DNA of 56,903 nucleotides, from NCBI GenBank assembly GCA_012959435.1, contig DUDF01000172.1:1-56903 (forward strand), in the 5' to 3' direction. The position numbers were made by a program, and so were the translations under genes. This document shows, in pieces, positions 17,641-28,077 of the stretch (position 1 is its first letter; each line of letters starts with the position of its first letter). The DNA comes from Candidatus Poseidoniales archaeon. GTDB lineage: Archaea; Thermoplasmatota; Poseidoniia; Poseidoniales; Thalassarchaeaceae. The notes below the pieces were generated by a model. That model had not been told where the DNA came from. It saw nothing but the letters and a program-made list of their open reading frames with translations, and searched no databases.

Positions 17641-18423
17641 TCACTCCTCCTTCCCGACTGCTTCAACTGCTTCCACTTCTGTATTGGTCTTGAGCGTTGC
17701 GAGTATATCTCCCATCCAATCTTGGTAAATTGGAACAATCAATACTGGGTCCTCTTTGATTGATGAAAGATTTGCGAGTGCTCCGCGTAACCGTCCTGCA
17801 AACCTGCGATTTCTATTCCCTTGCAATTCTTCTGTCGAAAATGATTCAGAAACTCGCCACCAAGTCCCTGCTAATCCTGCTGCTATGGCAAGTGATTCCG
17901 AACCTTCTGAGATCGGAGGCTCGCTAACTTCTGGCTGAGTTCGTTTCCATGTTTTAGCAAATCGCCGCCGAGCAAATAATTGCAAAAACAGTCGTGATAA
18001 TTTTGCAGCCTCATCCGCAGTATTCTCTAAATAAGTGAGCCAATCCTCGTCTTCAACCCCCGGCTCTATGAAATAAGTGGGAATACTATCTCTATCTGCT
18101 AACTTGAGTAAGCGCCGAGGTTCAGGGTCAGGGAATTTTGCTCCCTTGACATCTTCTAACAACTGCATGCGAATTAACATCCGTGCTAAATCTCCACCAC
18201 CGTGAATTGCTAACATTGTTGAAGACCCCTTTCCAGACTTCTCCATCTTCTCTTCATCTTCCCATGATTCCCGCTCTTCTGGATGGAGTAAAAATGCAAG
18301 CCCATCCCAGTCATCTCGAGGACGGAGATTACGTGGTAATACAACTGTGGGAATGTAAGGGAAAAATCTGATTACCCCTCCTTTGGGGTCTTTCCAATCC
18401 ACTGATTTCCAAGGCCAAGACAA
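17641..18423 (-). CDS. Hypothetical protein
   Basis: 260-aa ORF with a GAGGTG RBS, translationally coupled to its neighbours. Confidence 0.75.
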   Translation of the reverse strand: MSWPWKSVDWKDPKGGVIRFFPYIPTVVLPRNLRPRDDWDGLAFLLHPEERESWEDEEKMEKSGKGSSTMLAIHGGGDLARMLIRMQLLEDVKGAKFPDPEPRRLLKLADRDSIPTYFIEPGVEDEDWLTYLENTADEAAKLSRLFLQLFARRRFAKTWKRTQPEVSEPPISEGSESLAIAAGLAGTWWRVSESFSTEELQGNRNRRFAGRLRGALANLSSIKEDPVLIVPIYQDWMGDILATLKTNTEVEAVEAVGKEE

Positions 18424-18432
18424 GAGAACACC

Positions 18433-19638
18433 TCAACCTAGAATTGATGAATCCTTAGCTAAATCTTTCGTGATGTTCTTCTGGTGGCTCTCCAAGGTCC
18501 CACCACCAATTTCAAGCAGTTTTGCGTCACGCCATAATCTCTCAACCACATATTCTCCGACGTAGCCATAGCCACCCATTACTTGCATAGCACGGTCAGC
18601 AATATCTTTCGCTAGGGTTGTTGCGACCAACTTAATACCATCAGAATCCAAACGGTTTCCACTCTGCTCAACATCCATTTGCCTTGCCACGTTGTAGAGG
18701 TAAGCCTCCATACCACGCCATTCAGCGAATGATTGCCCGATGTAACGTTGTATTTGACCAAAATCTCTAATCGGCCGCCCAAATGCTTCTCTCTCGGTAG
18801 CATAGCGGTTCATTTCTTTGACACAGCGACGAGCAATCCCTAGACTCATCGCCGCTAAAGTAAGCCGCTCCAATTCGAGATTACGCATCATGTGAATCAT
18901 TGATTCACCACATTCCCCAACTAGGCTTTCAGGGCCAACTATACAGTCATCATAGACTAATTCAGCAGTGTTGGAACCGCGCATCCCAGTTTTATCCTCA
19001 ATCTTTTGTCCAACTGAAAACCCAGGCGAATCTGCGAACACTAGGAAGGTTGAAATCTCAGCCCTACCATTTTCATTCATTCCTGTTTTCGCATAAGTCC
19101 AAACAACGTCACATGGTGTACCTTCTTCATCAATACAGCCGTTAGTAATCCACATTTTACGACCGTTGATTACCCAATTCCCGTCATCTCTTTGCTGAGC
19201 AGTAGTGCCCATTGACATTACATCTGTACCGACATCTGGTTCAGACATTGCCATGGCTCCTATCCACTCGCCACTGCAAACTTTAGGAAGTATCTCTTGC
19301 TTTTGATTAGAACTTCCATTTCGTGAAAGGTTGTTGACAAACAACATGCTATGGGCAAGATACGCTAACGCAAACCCCGGGTCACTATAGGATAATTCCT
19401 CGTGAACAATTGTAGCGGCTAAGGCGTCCATTCCGGCCCCACCATACTCCTCTGGAGCGGTAATCCCCAGAAGACCTAGCTCACCCATATCACGTAATAA
19501 TTGGAGATTGAACTTCTCATTTCGATCAAACTCAAGTGCTTGAGGCTCAACTTCCGAACTGACCCAGTCACGAACCATTTCTCTTAGCATTGCATGCTCT
19601 TCGGTCGGATTGGCAATGTCAAGCGTCTTGTAATCCAC
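18433..19638 (-). CDS. Acyl-CoA dehydrogenase, isovaleryl-CoA dehydrogenase-like
   Basis: AMSEPDVGTD, NGRKMWITNG, GMRGSNTAEL, REAFGRPI, GGYGYVGEY, RDAKLLEIGGGT. GTG start after GAGGGTGG. Confidence 0.92.
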   Translation of the reverse strand: MDYKTLDIANPTEEHAMLREMVRDWVSSEVEPQALEFDRNEKFNLQLLRDMGELGLLGITAPEEYGGAGMDALAATIVHEELSYSDPGFALAYLAHSMLFVNNLSRNGSSNQKQEILPKVCSGEWIGAMAMSEPDVGTDVMSMGTTAQQRDDGNWVINGRKMWITNGCIDEEGTPCDVVWTYAKTGMNENGRAEISTFLVFADSPGFSVGQKIEDKTGMRGSNTAELVYDDCIVGPESLVGECGESMIHMMRNLELERLTLAAMSLGIARRCVKEMNRYATEREAFGRPIRDFGQIQRYIGQSFAEWRGMEAYLYNVARQMDVEQSGNRLDSDGIKLVATTLAKDIADRAMQVMGGYGYVGEYVVERLWRDAKLLEIGGGTLESHQKNITKDLAKDSSILG

Positions 19639-19667
19639 GCTTCCACCCTCATCTAATTGACGTGATC

Positions 19668-22600
19668 TCACTTGTTCTCTCGTACCCAATCCTGAAGTTG
19701 TTGTAATGACCAGCCTTGGTCAAAGTAACCTTGGATTGTTGCGTCATCCCAGAATGGGAAGAGGCGCTTTGCACGGTCCATCTGTGAGTCTCCTCCAGCA
19801 GCAGGTCCACCACCATAACCAGGTGGGCCACTACTCTGAGTAGCATAGTCCGAACTGCCGCCAGTTTCGGCACGAGGCGGACCTCTTGACATTGGAGTTA
19901 CAGCCTCGCCAGGAGGCAAGTAATCCTCATCCTCAACAAAGAAATCACCTTCTTCTTCATCTTCTCTTCCCATGACCATCATGATACCAACAACTAGTGC
20001 GATAAGAACTAGGATTACAGCAGCAATGCCACCATAAAGTGCCCAACTAGTCTCTGTACCTCCAGAACTACCTGCTTCACGAATATGGAATGAAGGAGAT
20101 TCACCTAATTCATTTCCAGATGCATCATGTATTTTGAACATTACAGATGATACCGGCTCGGGGAAGGCATCTACATGTACTCTACAAATGCTGTTCATTG
20201 CAGGTTCAAAAGTGGTGCCACATGAGTAGTTGAAGTTGCTCAGTTGGCGGCCTTCAATTACTGTAAAGATTTGTAATTCTAATTCACCAGCGTCAGTACC
20301 TACATTGGTTACATCTACGAGCAGTTCGAATGATTGGCCCGCCTCTGGTTGGCCAGGTGAAACGATAATTTTGTTGATGACGAATTCTGCTTCCTTGTAG
20401 GTCAAGGCGAAATCTCCGCCTTCTACAGCAGAGCCAAACTGTCCGCCAAGAGTAACTCCATTACCTGCTGAATCTGTACCTGTGACCCAGAATCTCAAAT
20501 CAACTCCATCAAGGTCTGATGGCAATTCATGACCTGGCCACAAATCAACACAGTAGCCAAATGCTCGATTTGGTGATGCTGACAAATCTAATTGAAGATC
20601 GGCAGTATGCCAAGCATTAGGGAAGGTTGAGCGGTATTGGCTCCAATTTAAATCGTGCTCGTAGTACATCCAGTTGATTTGCATTGAGTTCGCCACTAAT
20701 TTTTGTCTCTCTTGTATTGGGAAATTGATATTCACGCAATGAATAGTTGAAGAAGGTAATATTCCATCAAACCCTTCAGCGTCAGAGCCTGAAGTTAGTT
20801 TCCATGAACCAAACGGTACACTAGGTGCCTCGTTGTCCACCTTCACATAGAAGGTTCTGTCATCAGTCATTGAGAAATCGTTGGCACCAGCTGGCAAGGT
20901 ATACTCGCAATCGGGGTCGTTAACATCGGTCGAGTCGCATACTCTGAAGACATATCGATATTCGTTGGTTGACAGTGCTGCTGGAATAACTAAGTCAAAT
21001 GTTCCATTTTCAAAACTGTAATAGAATACTTCTGTAGCTGCTGCCACATATCCACTGTTAGGCTTATCAGATTCACCACCGGGATAAATTGGTGTGCGAG
21101 TCAATTCCATTGTCATAGGAATCTCTGGTTGGACGTCAACTCCTGACTCCAATGCTGCCTTGAAATAATATTCACCATGTAATTGTAAAAGGTCACCAGG
21201 GCGAACAAAGCCACCATCTTGAGTACCAACTGAGTTTGTGATGAAACCTGAGGTGTCATCAGCAGTTAGAGATTCACTATCAAACTTCAAACCTGAAGAA
21301 TATGCCAATAGTTGGATGTAGCGACTGCTTGAGAGTTTGCTTTCACCATTCTCTGGGTCCAAATCCTTCATGAAAACTTCTGGGGTTATTACGCCCTGAA
21401 GATTAACTACGCCCCAACGCATACGTATTGGTATGTCAACTAGGAATTCTGTTTCAAACGCGTCAATTAGTGCAGTCCCATCCAAGCGTGTGATTCGTGG
21501 GCCTATTCCATCTCCATTAAAAGTCAGCATATCTGCTGAAGTACTATCACTCCAAGAAGTTCCGTTACGAGGTGAGAAATAAACCACGAGGTCATCACTG
21601 ATTGCTGGATTAAGATCCACCTTGACGTAATCTACATCTCTCCAACCATTGTCATCATTACCCTCAACTAACAAATGGTAAACATTGCCAGCATATACTG
21701 ATTTGTTAAATTCTGTTAATGGGTTTCCACCAGCATCGCTAACATGGAATGAGTATACCCCAGGCGGGCGAGATTGCTTACCGATATAGGTAACCAAATC
21801 TGATATGAAACCTGCATCTCCTCCATCGATTGAATTGCCAGAAATATCAGTACCGGAAACAAACAAACTAGTTCGAGGGGCTGGTTCACCATTAGGGATT
21901 GACAAACCCGTTTGGCGGTCATCTATGCAATCATTTGTTGGTTGGCAAGCCAAGTTGGAGATGAAGTAAGTTGTATTTCCATTAATATCCGTCGAATCCT
22001 CATTAAGGGGTACCGACTGATATTCACTCAACTCTGGAATCCTATTGCCGTTAGTGTCATGTTGTGCTTCAACCCAGAAATTCAGAGTGAACGAGGGTGG
22101 GGTTTCTGGAATGTCTCTAACAATAACTCGGAACTTCTGGTTAGCCTGGGGCGGTATCCATGTATCGTCAGCAAGGTCTCTCCAGTTCTGCAAACCCATC
22201 ACACTGATGTTGATGAGATACGGAGAATACTGGTCAATGTAAACCGTCATTGGTATCCCACATTCTAAATCAGGTGATAACTCAGCAGGTGGGCAATTAG
22301 TGTCGCCCCCAGTATAATTATCCATGCGTAGGCGATAGGTATCATTTCCTGCTGAAAGTACTGGAATTGAAGGTTGCCATGAGAAATTACCGCCGAGGAC
22401 TCCCGGGAGTCGATCAATTTCATTCCATTGGCTGATGTTTGAGTCATTCTGTAATTCAAAGACAAGTGTGTAAGATGCTGGGTCAGGAGAAACCCCTAAA
22501 TCCTCAAAACGCACAGTCCCTTCCAAAGTCAACACATTATTACTGTGGATATTCCCTAGGTCGGTTTGCTCTGCATTTGCTTGATTCAAAACGGTCAAGG

Positions 22601-25511
22601 AATTAATTGATGCGTCGTTCTCAACGGCATTACCAACCAATAAATCAAACATAATTGCTGCAGGAAGCCCTTCAGAACCTGAATCCGTAATTAATGTGGC
22701 AAACAATCTTGCAGAGTTTGAGTCATCCCATGCTGAGTTTATTCTGAAACGCCATGTTATCTGCTTGCCATCCGCAATATCGGTTGAACTTGACAGAGCA
22801 ACCATTACCGAAACTAATTCGGAGCCACTTTCTGACCAAAATGAACCATTACTTGCAGCCCAACGAATTTCTGACAAGCCACTTTCTGATTCAAATTGTA
22901 GACTAGCACCAGCGATTGTTGCCCCTGTACCAACAGCAACAGAGTGAGTTGTAATTACTTCATAAACCTCACCAGAAGCATACAATCCAGTGAAATTACC
23001 GCTCATATTTATTGTAGAATCATAACCATTCTCGGTGGTAATTTGAAGATTGTCTAAGACAATCCCGCCACCATCGTCAGATGTAAACTTCATTGGCACC
23101 ACAACTTGGCCACCCATTGGTTGGCCAAGAGCGACTCCTTGGTTCAATTCACGAGCAATTGCGTTACCATCGGTTAGTTCCTTACTCCATGTGTAAAAGA
23201 TATCAAGGTCTTTCAGATTAATACTTGTAGCAGCCTGAGCAGTTGGATTGGTGAATTTGAAACGGAATTGAACCCATTCGTTGCCATACGCATCAATATG
23301 ACCCACTGGCACATTGGGGTCATCTAACAAAGCCTGGACTTGATTGAAAAATTCTGATAATTCAGCGTAAGCATCGGGAGTTCTCCTCTCTTGATTTTGA
23401 GTATATCCAAGATTCTGTGATGAAGGCCCTGCCAATAACTCAATTGAAGCATTTCCAATAGCGGAATTATCCCATGATAATTCAGCGTGATTGACAACTG
23501 CACCCTTTGGCAAGAAGAAAACGGCTCCTTCTGCTTCCCCATTGATGTTCATCGCCAAAGTAGTGTTGTCTGAACCATAATTGATTCCATTTACCATCTG
23601 TGTCCTAAACATTTGCTGGCGCCCAAGTGAGCCGAATGCACTTTCAACCATGCCCCATTCAATATCACCATCACCAGCAACATCAAGTTTGACATTTGAC
23701 ATTGTATGCGCAAACCTGACTTCCAACCATATTGAATAAACCGTACAAGCATCAGAATATTGTGCTCCAAAGGCCACTGTTGTAGAAGGGGAGGCAAATG
23801 TCAGCCATTGATTATTTACTGGGCTGAACTGTCCAGACTGGTTACTGTTAGTCATCAAAATTAGGTTACGATTTGCGCTTCCACAAGAATCAACAACCAT
23901 TGGTTTAACAGCCATTATGGGAGCTTTGAAACGGTTTTTCTCCAACATTGGGGACCAACTAGTATCGTTCATTTTTGGCATATATACAATCATGCCACCA
24001 GAAGAATCCACGGTCCATTCACCATCATTTAAGTATCCCACATCATAGAATATACCGTCGGAGGAATTGAGTCCTGAACCAATTTTTGTTCCAAGTGTGA
24101 AACTATGCATTATTGGAGTATTCATTCGATTTGCACCAGCATTGTAGTTGAAGCGGAGGTCAATTAACCCATACTGATCGCTATCAATGTCCCAAAGCTC
24201 AATCAATTCACCTTCTAAGCCAATCATTGATTTGCCGTATTTATCAACAACTGTTTGACCATTTGAAGAATCTAGAACATCAACGGTAAAAGATCCAGGG
24301 CCAGCAGTAGCAACTTCAACATCAAGAATCCCATATCCATTAGGGAATCCGGGATTGGGATGAGAACGCGGAGCAAATGATTTCATCACTACGTTTCCTG
24401 ATTGAGGTAATGCATCACCAATTCTCAGAGAATCAATATACCATCCTGGCATCGTGCTATTTACTGGAGGCCATTGCATTGGATTTTTCTCCAATACAAA
24501 CTTCAGTTTGACATATTTCCCTTCATGTGCTGAAAGGTCAAGGGCAATGTTTGCCCACCCATTTTGGTTGTTTGCCCAAGTACTCATTCCAGCCAAAACC
24601 CAAGCGTCAGGCGGCACTGTAAGTCCATTCTTTCCACTACAAGCGGACTGGACCTTGTTGACCCCAGTCCCCTTCTGAAATAGTCCTTGAGTGCCCTGCT
24701 GTAACCCAGAAGTAGCCCCAATGTCAATGTCAACGAATTCCCATGGAGACCAACCGACAGCGTCTGATGAATTTTGAACAGCAACATAAGCACAATCTTC
24801 GTAATATTTGTTGCTTCCAGTTGCTACACGATTGTAGAGGCTGTGATAGGAGTTGAATGTCGCTGCCCCTTTAGTCGGATATACCCAGATAGCTGAGGTA
24901 TCCATTGTATAATCGAAACTTGCATCTGGCGCATCATCAGTATAATCAGGGTCATCAAAATTAGTGCCCCAACAAAAATTTCCGGTCGCACAACCGGATG
25001 CGGGAATTTGCATCATTCCTTGTGTCTTCCTTTCCCAATTGAATATGTCCACTGGTTGTTGGGGGTTCATTCCTTGGCTCCCAGTTTCAAAGTCAGCATT
25101 GAATCCCTTGCTGGTTAGAGATAACGTTGTTGCAGTGGATGTGAAAGAACAATCCATAGGATTTGATGAATGACAATTAGGATCGTTGTAGGTGGTTAAT
25201 CCGCTGTTGTAGCGAGCATCCCAAATCCCTCCACCCCCAGTTGGCATGAGAGATTGGTCGTATGTTGTAAAATCATCGTGCATCGCAAAACCTGTTGATA
25301 CATTGACGCTAGCAGAGGTAATTGTTTCTCCTTCTGGCAGTGAAATAGCTCCCGTCATACTATCCATAAAGTTGCCCGGTTCTCTCAATTCAACCTCAAC
25401 ACTAGCACTGCCATCGGAAAACGTTGTGACCGATGCAGCAGTTGCTGTGGTTGAGAGAATCATCAATCCAAGGATTAGGTAACTGGTTGCCTTCTTGTTC
25501 TTATCATTCAT
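19668..25511 (-). CDS. Very large secreted/surface protein with C-terminal CARDB/Ig-like domain and membrane anchor
   Basis: Signal peptide after a GGAGTGA RBS, ~1800 aa beta-rich body, VTNVGTDAG CARDB-like motif, TM helix, acidic/Pro-Gly linker and WDDATIQGYFDQGWS tail. Confidence 0.8.
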   Translation of the reverse strand: MNDKNKKATSYLILGLMILSTTATAASVTTFSDGSASVEVELREPGNFMDSMTGAISLPEGETITSASVNVSTGFAMHDDFTTYDQSLMPTGGGGIWDARYNSGLTTYNDPNCHSSNPMDCSFTSTATTLSLTSKGFNADFETGSQGMNPQQPVDIFNWERKTQGMMQIPASGCATGNFCWGTNFDDPDYTDDAPDASFDYTMDTSAIWVYPTKGAATFNSYHSLYNRVATGSNKYYEDCAYVAVQNSSDAVGWSPWEFVDIDIGATSGLQQGTQGLFQKGTGVNKVQSACSGKNGLTVPPDAWVLAGMSTWANNQNGWANIALDLSAHEGKYVKLKFVLEKNPMQWPPVNSTMPGWYIDSLRIGDALPQSGNVVMKSFAPRSHPNPGFPNGYGILDVEVATAGPGSFTVDVLDSSNGQTVVDKYGKSMIGLEGELIELWDIDSDQYGLIDLRFNYNAGANRMNTPIMHSFTLGTKIGSGLNSSDGIFYDVGYLNDGEWTVDSSGGMIVYMPKMNDTSWSPMLEKNRFKAPIMAVKPMVVDSCGSANRNLILMTNSNQSGQFSPVNNQWLTFASPSTTVAFGAQYSDACTVYSIWLEVRFAHTMSNVKLDVAGDGDIEWGMVESAFGSLGRQQMFRTQMVNGINYGSDNTTLAMNINGEAEGAVFFLPKGAVVNHAELSWDNSAIGNASIELLAGPSSQNLGYTQNQERRTPDAYAELSEFFNQVQALLDDPNVPVGHIDAYGNEWVQFRFKFTNPTAQAATSINLKDLDIFYTWSKELTDGNAIARELNQGVALGQPMGGQVVVPMKFTSDDGGGIVLDNLQITTENGYDSTINMSGNFTGLYASGEVYEVITTHSVAVGTGATIAGASLQFESESGLSEIRWAASNGSFWSESGSELVSVMVALSSSTDIADGKQITWRFRINSAWDDSNSARLFATLITDSGSEGLPAAIMFDLLVGNAVENDASINSLTVLNQANAEQTDLGNIHSNNVLTLEGTVRFEDLGVSPDPASYTLVFELQNDSNISQWNEIDRLPGVLGGNFSWQPSIPVLSAGNDTYRLRMDNYTGGDTNCPPAELSPDLECGIPMTVYIDQYSPYLINISVMGLQNWRDLADDTWIPPQANQKFRVIVRDIPETPPSFTLNFWVEAQHDTNGNRIPELSEYQSVPLNEDSTDINGNTTYFISNLACQPTNDCIDDRQTGLSIPNGEPAPRTSLFVSGTDISGNSIDGGDAGFISDLVTYIGKQSRPPGVYSFHVSDAGGNPLTEFNKSVYAGNVYHLLVEGNDDNGWRDVDYVKVDLNPAISDDLVVYFSPRNGTSWSDSTSADMLTFNGDGIGPRITRLDGTALIDAFETEFLVDIPIRMRWGVVNLQGVITPEVFMKDLDPENGESKLSSSRYIQLLAYSSGLKFDSESLTADDTSGFITNSVGTQDGGFVRPGDLLQLHGEYYFKAALESGVDVQPEIPMTMELTRTPIYPGGESDKPNSGYVAAATEVFYYSFENGTFDLVIPAALSTNEYRYVFRVCDSTDVNDPDCEYTLPAGANDFSMTDDRTFYVKVDNEAPSVPFGSWKLTSGSDAEGFDGILPSSTIHCVNINFPIQERQKLVANSMQINWMYYEHDLNWSQYRSTFPNAWHTADLQLDLSASPNRAFGYCVDLWPGHELPSDLDGVDLRFWVTGTDSAGNGVTLGGQFGSAVEGGDFALTYKEAEFVINKIIVSPGQPEAGQSFELLVDVTNVGTDAGELELQIFTVIEGRQLSNFNYSCGTTFEPAMNSICRVHVDAFPEPVSSVMFKIHDASGNELGESPSFHIREAGSSGGTETSWALYGGIAAVILVLIALVVGIMMVMGREDEEEGDFFVEDEDYLPPGEAVTPMSRGPPRAETGGSSDYATQSSGPPGYGGGPAAGGDSQMDRAKRLFPFWDDATIQGYFDQGWSLQQLQDWVRENK

Positions 25512-25597
25512 GTCTATCACTCCGGAACCGCTATGCGGCTCGTGAAAGCGAGCACAGAGTTGCATTTAATCTCAATGGGCTAATGACTATGGCGAAG

Positions 25598-26278
25598 TTA
25601 CTGCAAAAGTGGTTCCTCACGGCGTTGAGAATAACATTTTTCAGCCAAATTAGTCAAACCTCCAAGGTTTTCTTCATTCGCTTCAAGTCTGACTATATTA
25701 GCCACCGTTGTCGGATGTTTTGGCCCCAAAGCATCGCATAATTCTGGCCCTTTACTTACATCAAATGTACCCAACGTTCTCGCTTCATCGATTATCTCTT
25801 GTTTGTCCAACCCTAGAAGTGGCCTTAGAATCGGCCTGTTTGATGATTTTTCCACCGCACCAAGGTTCCCCAAAGTTTGACTTGATACCTGCCCAAGATT
25901 TTCACCAGTTAATAGGTGAGTTGCACCAACTTCATCTGCAACCATGCAACCAAGTACATTGAACAATCTCTTCATATGAACGAAATAATCACGATGGGAT
26001 TCTGAAGCAGTAAACATCGCTAGTGTTTCACCTACTGGAATGACTGTAAGTTTATCACAAATTTTGCCGCCATTCTCGGCTAATGGGCCGTTGAGGTTCG
26101 CGAGTAATGAAAGCGTACCAAGTGTTTTCTCTTCTGCTTCTCGACCAGTAATTGGTTCTTGTGAACAATGCATTGAATGAATTGTCCAGCCTGACTGAAC
26201 CATGCGAGCTACAGCAACTGGTGAATCAATTCCACCTGACACTAAGGCCACAGCCACCTTGTCACCCCCGCCTTCCAT
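25598..26278 (-). CDS. ThiI-like PP-loop sulfurtransferase/adenylyltransferase, catalytic domain only
   Basis: SGGIDS PP-loop, TGENLGQVSSQT, RPLLGLDKQEII. At 226 aa it has no THUMP domain. Confidence 0.85.
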   Translation of the reverse strand: MEGGGDKVAVALVSGGIDSPVAVARMVQSGWTIHSMHCSQEPITGREAEEKTLGTLSLLANLNGPLAENGGKICDKLTVIPVGETLAMFTASESHRDYFVHMKRLFNVLGCMVADEVGATHLLTGENLGQVSSQTLGNLGAVEKSSNRPILRPLLGLDKQEIIDEARTLGTFDVSKGPELCDALGPKHPTTVANIVRLEANEENLGGLTNLAEKCYSQRREEPLLQ

Positions 26279-26363
26279 AGGGGTCCGAGAACACTCTTAC
26301 GCATGAGCACTTCTCTTACAACCTCCATTCTTTGAGTGTAGAGTGAACAAGGATTGATGAGGG

Positions 26364-26852
26364 ATGAGCACGGCCAAGGTTACGATTACGATGCCGAATG
26401 AGCCCTTCACAACTGAGCCAGTAGTACTACTTCAGGAGGTTTTTCCTGGTGACACAAATGCCTATAACACCCTTTTTGGTGGGCGATTACTTTCAATAAT
26501 GGATACTGCTGCTGGGATTGTCTCTAGTAAATTCGCCCACCGTGAGTTCGTTACAGTCAGCATTGATTCCCTGAAGTTCAAACGACCTGCGTTCCAAGGG
26601 GATTTGATTGAAGTTACTGCACAGGTGGTTTTTACTTCGACTCACACTGCTGGATGCCACGTTATTGGCCGGAGATTAGACCGAAGTGTTTGGGAATCTG
26701 AAGAGATATGTACTGGCTTTTTCTTCATGGTTGCAATTGATAATCAAATGAGACCAATCCCAATCCCACAGTTCACTCCAAAAAGTGATGATGAAAAGAA
26801 ACTGTGGAAAGCAGCAGAGTCTGCTCGCGATGCAATGAAGGCATCTGACTGA
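26364..26852 (+). CDS. Acyl-CoA thioesterase, hotdog fold (YciA-like)
   Basis: DTNAYNTLFGGRLLSIMD...VTVSIDSLKFKRP motif. Confidence 0.9.
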   Translation: MSTAKVTITMPNEPFTTEPVVLLQEVFPGDTNAYNTLFGGRLLSIMDTAAGIVSSKFAHREFVTVSIDSLKFKRPAFQGDLIEVTAQVVFTSTHTAGCHVIGRRLDRSVWESEEICTGFFFMVAIDNQMRPIPIPQFTPKSDDEKKLWKAAESARDAMKASD

Positions 26853-26890
26853 GCGACGGGTTCAATTCAGATGGGTTATCTGCCACCACC

Positions 26891-27895
26891 ATGACGGTGT
26901 TGAATGTGGCTTTCGTCGGCTCTCAGGAATTCGCTAAGAGCATCGCTAAACTCAATGACACTAGAGACATTGAGAGTTACGTATTCAAAATGGTGCAAGA
27001 TGATGAAGTGAAGATACTCTCACTTCTTCGACCGTTACGCCACCCAGAAAAACTCAGGCCATTACTCAGTATTCTCAACGTTGCTAGAGCAGGAGTTGTT
27101 GAAATTTCTAAAGTTGATGCCTCACTTGGAGAAATTCTTGTTGCTTTTGGTTGTTCGGGAATTGAGAATGGGCACATCATAATTCATCCCGCTGATGGAG
27201 AATGGGTTGACCCAGAGCAAGTAAAGATGATTCAACAACAAGCCGGATTATCATCTTGGACATTGCACGAAAACCCACTTGATGAGCACCAAATGCGTAC
27301 ACTCCTCTTTGCTGAATTGGATAAGTTAGCAGACCATTCCGAACAGCGTCTAGTGATACCAGTTGATCAATATTTCAATGTCAAAGGGGTTGGCTTAGTG
27401 GCAATTGGTTATGTACAATCTGGAACTGTAAACAAACACGACCGATTGTTAGCTCTACCCACCGCTGAATCTGGAGTGACTCGCTCATTACAAGTCATGG
27501 ATGATGATGTCGATACTGCAAGGGCTGGTGACAGGGTAGGCGTGGCAATGCGAGATTTACGCGAAGCAGCACTTGAGCGGGGAAGTATCCTAGTTCATCC
27601 TGATGAAGATGGGAATTACGTTGAGTCTATGAGTAGACATATGAAAAGCCGCTTAGAATTAGTCAGAGCACCATTCCAGCAGAAAGAAATTGCAGTCGGA
27701 GATGTGATTCATGCAGCAGTTGACTTACAATTTGTTGTTGGACGAGTTGAATCAATTGATGGAAATGAGTTAGAGGTTACTTGGGAGCAACCATTGTTCT
27801 TACGACCTGTTTCACAACCAAGAGTACTAATTAACCAACTAGATGCAAAAATGAGGCTCCTTGGCTTCAGTACAAATCTAATCCCTTTAGAATAA
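26891..27895 (+). CDS. SelB/EF-Tu-like protein with degenerate G domain
   Basis: EF-Tu domain II signature VDQYFNVKGVGLVAIGYVQSG...RSLQVMD...GDRVGVA; no GxxxxGK[ST] P-loop. Confidence 0.8.
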   Translation: MTVLNVAFVGSQEFAKSIAKLNDTRDIESYVFKMVQDDEVKILSLLRPLRHPEKLRPLLSILNVARAGVVEISKVDASLGEILVAFGCSGIENGHIIIHPADGEWVDPEQVKMIQQQAGLSSWTLHENPLDEHQMRTLLFAELDKLADHSEQRLVIPVDQYFNVKGVGLVAIGYVQSGTVNKHDRLLALPTAESGVTRSLQVMDDDVDTARAGDRVGVAMRDLREAALERGSILVHPDEDGNYVESMSRHMKSRLELVRAPFQQKEIAVGDVIHAAVDLQFVVGRVESIDGNELEVTWEQPLFLRPVSQPRVLINQLDAKMRLLGFSTNLIPLE

Positions 27896-28077
27896 GCATT
27901 AGACATACTCCGTTAAGTGAGGTAATTTTTACCGCACTCAAAGAACCACCTACTAGACCGGCCTTAACACCCTCTTCCCTTGGGTAATATGTATAAGCAG
28001 ACCGCTATCCTGCTAGTTCCGGGATGCACACAAGGGCTCGGCCCTAAACGATGGATAGAGTAGAAGGGGGCAGGTGA

